64,000 nt of DNA from Podarcis bocagei (taxonomy: Eukaryota). The position numbers and the translations under genes were made by a program. The notes beneath the pieces are model-generated. The model saw only the letters and a program-made list of their open reading frames with translations, ran no database searches and was not told the DNA's origin. The stretch lies in NCBI GenBank assembly GCA_964188305.1, contig OZ076903.1. One strand, 5' to 3'. How positions within the stretch are numbered: the first letter of the stretch is position 1; every line of letters starts with the position of its first letter. Below are positions 58,109-64,000 of the stretch, piece after piece.

Positions 58109-59302
58109 TCTCCTCTAGGCCAGTTCAAAAAAACGGGGGGCTTATATGGTGGTGTTTTGGGTGCTTATTGCTGATGAGATGGTACCAAACAGCAGGGGAA
58201 GTCTTGTAATCAAACGGATACAAACAAAAAACATCTTACAGCTGGTCACTAACCCATCGTCATATTTATTTGTACCCCACCTTTCTCTCTGACGGGACTC
58301 AAGGCAGCTTACAGAGAAAAACAGGGTGAAAGCTCGTATCACTACAGAGGTGGGGCATTTCCCTCCTCTGAAATCCTTGCCTCAGTTATGTCTTTGCTGT
58401 TTTAGTTAGAAATCTGTGGTTGAGGAGCGTAGGGTGGTGGTGTTGTTGTTCTTCTTAGGGTGTTGTTGTTGTGTAAATAAGACACACTTTCTGTATTCAT
58501 TTGCTTGCGTAAAATTGCTCTTTCACGTAACAATGCAGTTGACATTTCGATCTGTTGCGTGAGGCCTGATAATGAATGCATTTGTGGTGGCCACTGACAC
58601 TGTAGAAGGAGGGGTGCATAAATGAGAACTGCAGCAAGCTACTACCCATGTGCAGCCATGAAAACAAAATCCTGTAAAAGCGAAAGAGCAGAGGTAGATC
58701 CCCAATGCATCTGTGTCTCTGGGTGTGTATTGTAAAGGACTTGCACCCTGACCTTCAATAGGTTCCCAGGTGGTTTATAACAATTACAGGAAACACATTT
58801 TTTAAATTAAAAAAATGGTGGTGTTGCATTGTTTTAAAGTGGAGCAGAGAAATAATCGGCAGAGATAAAACTGATTAGGTTAAAAGCCTGGGGAAATAAA
58901 GGGTCTCATTGATGTTGAGAGATGAAGGTGAGTCTCTCAGGGGAAAGTATTCTACAGCTGGGGTGTCTCACACTAAAAAGGACCTTTCTCCAGTAGTCGC
59001 TCACCACCCGCCTGATGCTGGTGGCACCTGAAGCACTTCTGTTTAATATTTTAACATATAGGCAGATGTACTGTTTTATGAAAGGAAGGAAGAAACTGCA
59101 TAGGGTGCAGTGAACTGCTATGTTTTTTCCACCAGCACTTAGGGGGCATGGATAGAGTAATTGAAGGGAGGGGAGGGGAGGGGAGAACACTGATGCCCAC
59201 TACTTTGTGAACATACAAACTTGTATGTACAGACAGCATATATAGAAACGCCTACTTAAGGCAACATTATCGTGCAAATATATGTACAATTGCAAAGTGT
59301 TA

Positions 59303-59540
59303 CAGTGGTACCTTGGTTCTCGAACTTAATCCGTTCCGGGAGTCAGTTTGGCTCCCGAAATAATTCAAAAACCAAGGCGTGGCTTCTGATTCGCTGCAGG
59401 AGCTTCCTGCACTCAATCAGAAGCCACGCCGGATGTTTGGCTTCCGAAAAACGTTCACAAATCAGAACACTTCCGGGTTTGCGGCGTTTGGGAGCCGATT
59501 TGTTCGACAACTAAGCCATTCGGGAATCAAGGTACCACTG
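59303..59540. mobile_element. Tigger-like MITE, family B-related
   Basis: TA-CAGTGGTACCTTG...CAAGGTACCACTG-TA. Confidence 0.85.
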
Positions 59541-59794
59541 TATGTGCAAAAGTGCTCTGAAAAAATGAGCCCTAGGCACTTCAAATCCTATGTGTTTACA
59601 TAACCATAGTTGTCCCCCTGCACTTTTAAACAAGCCCAGGTTTTGAGAAGTGGTCTCTTGTCAGCTCAGGTAGGAATGAAACCACCTTAGCTCAGAAAAA
59701 GCTTTAATGGATGTTTACGAGCTGTTGAGAGGTCCAGGAGACTGAGTGGGATGCTTCTCCCTAAATAAGCTTAGGTTGTGGACTCTACTTATTT

Positions 59795-59904
59795 GGCCAC
59801 GTGACCCGGAAAGCTGTCTGTGGACAAATGTCAGCTCCCTTGTCCTGAAAAGCGAGATGAGCACGGCACCCCATAGCTTCACAGGGGTCCTTTACATTTT
59901 ACCT
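59795..59904 (+). mobile_element. Sauria-type SINE 3' fragment
   Basis: Aligns by eye to 62650-62783. Confidence 0.7.
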
Positions 59905-59907
59905 ACT

Positions 59908-60026
59908 TGGAGGTTTTGAAGCAGAGGTTGGGTGCCATCTGTCATGGATGCTTTAGCTGAGATTCCTGCATTGCAAGGGGGTTTGACTAAATGACCCCGG
60001 GGTCCCTTCCAACTCTAAGATTCTAT
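59908..60026 (+). mobile_element. CR1 LINE 3' end
   Basis: ttggaggttttgaagcagaggttgg...ggtcccttccaactct..attcta, the typical CR1 terminus. Confidence 0.8.
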
Positions 60027-61673
60027 TACAGTATTCTAATTCAAAAAGCTGGGGAGAAATTTGGCTGGAAGAAAGCTTTCTAATTATCTCTTTTTAAAAC
60101 CATGCCAAGAAGCTGGCTTTTTCTTGTGTTTCTGATTTGGGGCCCATTGTGAACAATGAGGAGTTGTCTGCTCCTAGGTAAAATCATTTTTGTCAAGGTA
60201 TTGGGAATAGCCGCAGTCAAATGCTGGATAATATGACAGTTGCTCATAGTAATATTTTCCTTGGCATGACTGGTGGTTGAGTTGCTTTTGCTCAAGGTCT
60301 GGTGGTTAAGAAGGAGTTCACATTTCCAATTAGATTAATTTAGTGATCTATGGTTTTTTTTATAGCTATGCCTCCCTTTGCAGCTTGGGGCTTGGCTTGC
60401 TTTCTTGAGTCATAGTTCTTTGTAAGTTCCTCTTCCAGTTCAAAACTATAGTCTGCAATTACCTGTTAATCCAAAATAGAAAGATGATTGGAGGTGGGCT
60501 TGCAAGCCATCATTTGCACTGATTATATTTTGGTGTGGTGTCTGAATGAGCTTAAGCTGAGAGAACAGAAAATGAAAGATGAGAAGCTTCTCTAAACCCT
60601 GGTTTGCTTATTGTGCATTTGGAAATTGAAAATGGGGGCTCTTAAATTGATAGATGTAATCTTACTTTATATTGATATCTGAACAGAGCTTTATGTAATT
60701 AGAAAACATATTCTGTCTTTTTTTGGTACAATTTCTCTTTATGCAGGTGATCCAAAATTCATTTTAAAAAGGCTACACAATAATATGCAGTACGTAATAT
60801 GTTCATACATTCCCCCTCCCCCATTTAAACACCATTGGCTTCCTATGGTGTAATTGATTGTTCCTGTATATGCAAATAGCTGCTTGAGTTCTATTTCCTG
60901 TTGTCTTAATAAACTTCAATAGAGAAAAAATTGAGAAGTGGAGGAAGTAACGTTGATATTTTCCATCAACTTAATGCTTAATTTGCCTTGGGAAAATTGA
61001 TTCTCCTTTAGTTGCAAAGCAGTTTGTTGTATGGTAGAATGGAACAACTCAAGCCAAGCAATAGACTTAAGAGAATAATTCATGTATGTTTCACTGTTAG
61101 TCACTCACTGTTAATCATTCTTTCTGATCTAACTAGTGTGTCTGGGTTGGGGCGAAGTTTGAACCAAATTAGAAAGATTAGGTTTGGTCTTTTCTGAAAC
61201 AATTGTCTCTAGTGTCGTGTTGCAGGAGTTTTTAGAAATGGCTGAGAATGGTTTGGTCCTCTGTCAATGCATATAGCCCCAATTATTCAAACAGTTTAAG
61301 ATACTGAATGCTGAAGGAGAAGTCTGTTGACTGAAAATTACAACTTTTTCTATGTGGGAGTTTGGACTAGCTTTTTAATTATAAAGGAGAGGACAAAATG
61401 CATAATAGGCAATTGTATCACAATAGTTCACACCACCAAATTTGTACTTGAAGTCATTAAAGGAAGAATGTGGTTCAAAATGTGTATATGATGACTTGGA
61501 TTTAACTATTTTTTGGCAGTGCCTGGACTGGCTGTAGTACAGTGGAGAATTAGAGCTATCCTTCCCTAAAGGCTTGGAAGAATCAGGCTTGCAGATTGGG
61601 TCATTCAGTTGTCATGATGTTCCTTAGCTTTAGGCAGTGTTGATATTTTTGGATTAGGATTATTAGCAAAGTA

Positions 61674-62126
61674 CAGTGGTACCTTGGTTCTCAAACGCCT
61701 TGGTACTCAAACAACTTGGAACCCAAACACTGCAAACCTGGAATAAGTGTTCCGGTTTGCGAACTTTTTTCGGAAGGTGAATGTGCTCCATTTTGAGGGC
61801 CACACCTCTGTTTTGAGTGTTCCACTGAGGTCTGTCTCCTTTTGCTATTTATTTTGCATTTCTGTTTTTGCAGCTCTTTTTTTGTGACTCTGTGATACCC
61901 ACTTCAGCTACTGCTTGATTGATTGTGTGACTGCAGTACATCGTTTGTTGCTTTAATTTTATGGGTCAATGGTCTCATTAGATAATAAAATTCATGTTAA
62001 ATGGCTGTTTGAGCGTTGTTGTTAATTGTCTGGAACGGATTAACCCGTTTTGCATTACTTTCTATGGGAAAGCGCCCCTTGGTTTTGGAACTCTTTGGAT
62101 TAAGTTTGAGAATCAAGGTACCACTG
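61674..62126. mobile_element. Tigger-like non-autonomous element (453 bp)
   Basis: TA-CAGTGGTACCTTGGTTCTCAAAC...GTTTGAGAATCAAGGTACCACTG-TA. Confidence 0.85.
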
Positions 62127-62397
62127 TAGTAATGGGAGGGGGCAGCTTCTTTTGTTACATAGCAACCCCTCATGAGCAGTAAGGTTTTGTAATAAAATCT
62201 GGATGTCCCCATTGGTATAAGCTGAAAGCACATGAAGTCCACCTTGCTGCAACTAAGCAGGTCTGGACCAGTGCCTGGTTGTGTCACCACATTTGTTCAT
62301 ATATGATTGCAATAAAGTGTGGAATTAGTGTTTTACAGCTCAAAAACATATTCTGAGCGAACGTGTGGGCAATGTTTCTGCCATACCTGGACTTAAA

Positions 62398-62783
62398 GGG
62401 ACATGGGTGGCGCTGTGATCTAAACCACTGAGTCTCTTGGGCTTGCCGATCGCAAGTTCAGCGGTTGGAATCCCTGCAACAGAGTGAGCTCCCGTTGCTC
62501 TGTTCCAGCTCCTGCAACCTAGCAGGTCGAAAGCACGCCTGTGCAAGTAGATAAATAGGTACCACTCCAGTGGGAAGATAAACAGCGTTTCCATGCACTC
62601 TGGCTTCCGTCACGGTGTTTTGTTGCACCAGAAGCAGTTTAGTCCTTCTGGCCACATGACCTGGAAAGCTGTCTGCGGACAAACGCCGGCTTCCTCGCCC
62701 TGAAAGCAAGGTGAGTGCCACAACCCTATAGTTGCCTTTGACTGGACTTAGACTGTACCCCTTTATCTAGGGGTCCTTTACCT
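62398..62783 (+). mobile_element. Near full-length Sauria-type SINE
   Basis: gggacatgggtggcgctgtg A-box head, ggttggaatccc B-box, aaataggtacc core, cctttacct tail. Confidence 0.85.
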
Positions 62784-64000
62784 GGACTACAATTTCATAG
62801 GGTCACCAGATCCCCATTCTTGCTCTACAAGGTAATTGCTGTAGTTAGACTGGACAGTGACTCATTAGTTCTGCAGAAGTGAAGAATGCAATAAAACAGA
62901 GGCATTTTATTTTCTGACTCGATCATTTTATAAATGGGCTCTTGAGATAGCAAAAACAGTGTCTCTGTTCTTTGGGTCTTGCCAAAGCACGGAAACAGCT
63001 TGTGACTGAGAGTTGATTTTGCTTTCAGCCTTAGCACGACGGAGTGTGTTGAAATTCAAAAAGAGCACATTTTAAATTTAGTTGGGCCTTGAGCAACGTG
63101 ACTTGCTATTGCAGCAGTCCTTTTGGGGAGGGATGGATGACTCATCTGGTCAGCTGACAATCTTTTCTTTGCTGTGTCTTCCTGAAATGCCTTTTTTCCT
63201 ATCTCTTCGGAGCCAGGAAGGCAAATCGTTTGCTTTTTCCTGATTTCTTAGAGCTTGTGTTTGGATTCCTTCATAAGACTGGTGGATTATTTTGTTGTTG
63301 TTGTTGCTTCCCCTAAGGTATGGACCTTTTCGTATTTTTCCATGCATTGCTTTCTGGGTGATTGCTTCGGACGAGAATCTTGGTTGCGACACACATGTGA
63401 TTTTAATTTCAAACTGATTCAGATTTTGTTGCAAAAAAAATCAGTCTTTTTTTAACAAAAAACCTTAGGTCAAAACATATTGGACTCCCCAGTGTGAGCT
63501 GAACAAGGTAACTCTCTTGTTAGGCATTGCACTGTAAAATGGTTATTTGGTTTGGCTAAAATTGATCTCAGGCAATCAACATGCCATGTTATGGGTGAAA
63601 ATGTGTTTTAAGTTTATTGTAGCAGAATTCTTTAAAGAATGTAGTAGAAATGTGTGTACAGTATTCAGCTCTGCAACTCCCATTTCCTGATCTCCAAAAC
63701 AGTGTGTAACCTTTGTAAGTGGATAGCTTCATAAAATGGTGGGAATGTTAAAAACAGGTTTAAGGGAAAGAGGAACCCGCTGAAAGGGTCAAAACCCAAA
63801 TATGTTACCATAATATACTCCCTTCTTGTTTATGGGCAGAGTGTTTTCTCACAGTGTGCTAATTATTCATAGTTTTTCTCCACACCCTCTGTTCTGGAGT
63901 AACTCCTGAATTATGCTTTGGAGGGGGGAAAGTTTGGATATAAATGTGATAAATAAGCTCTTCTGCTTACCTGCTTAAGAAAGGGGTCCAGCCAGATGGA

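Noticed and set aside
57000-64000. ATP6V1A coding sequence
   Set aside because: No MDFSKLPKI-type exon found; the region looks intronic, so the gene name rests on synteny only.

Overview
Vertebrate genomic DNA, most likely a squamate lizard; the Sauria-type SINE, BovB, CR1, L2, L1 and TA-/8-bp-TSD MITE content suggests a lacertid (inference). It holds the amniote block SIDT1 (+, last 5 coding exons, 777-5210), USF3 (-, complete, 5 coding exons, 2230 aa, including a 6.4-kb last exon), NAA50 (-, complete, 5 coding exons, 170 aa) and, by synteny only, the non-coding first exon of ATP6V1A (+, ~56.9 kb). I checked the splice junctions and reading phases by hand. Top findings: (1) a 1429-bp non-autonomous hAT element in NAA50 intron 1 with perfect TIRs and TSD, carrying what looks like a captured CpG-island promoter and first exon of another gene (Pack-hAT); (2) a complete 1.8-kb TSD-flanked, poly(A)-tailed L1-type element with one intact 193-aa ORF and no reverse transcriptase (HAL1-like); (3) A/T-to-G/C skew in repeat copies next to the CpG islands; (4) small-scale changes such as a 21-aa duplication in USF3, a triplicated promoter module, a hairpin over a splice donor, uORFs and a NAGNAG acceptor. 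No CRISPR array, rRNA or genuine tRNA gene was seen.
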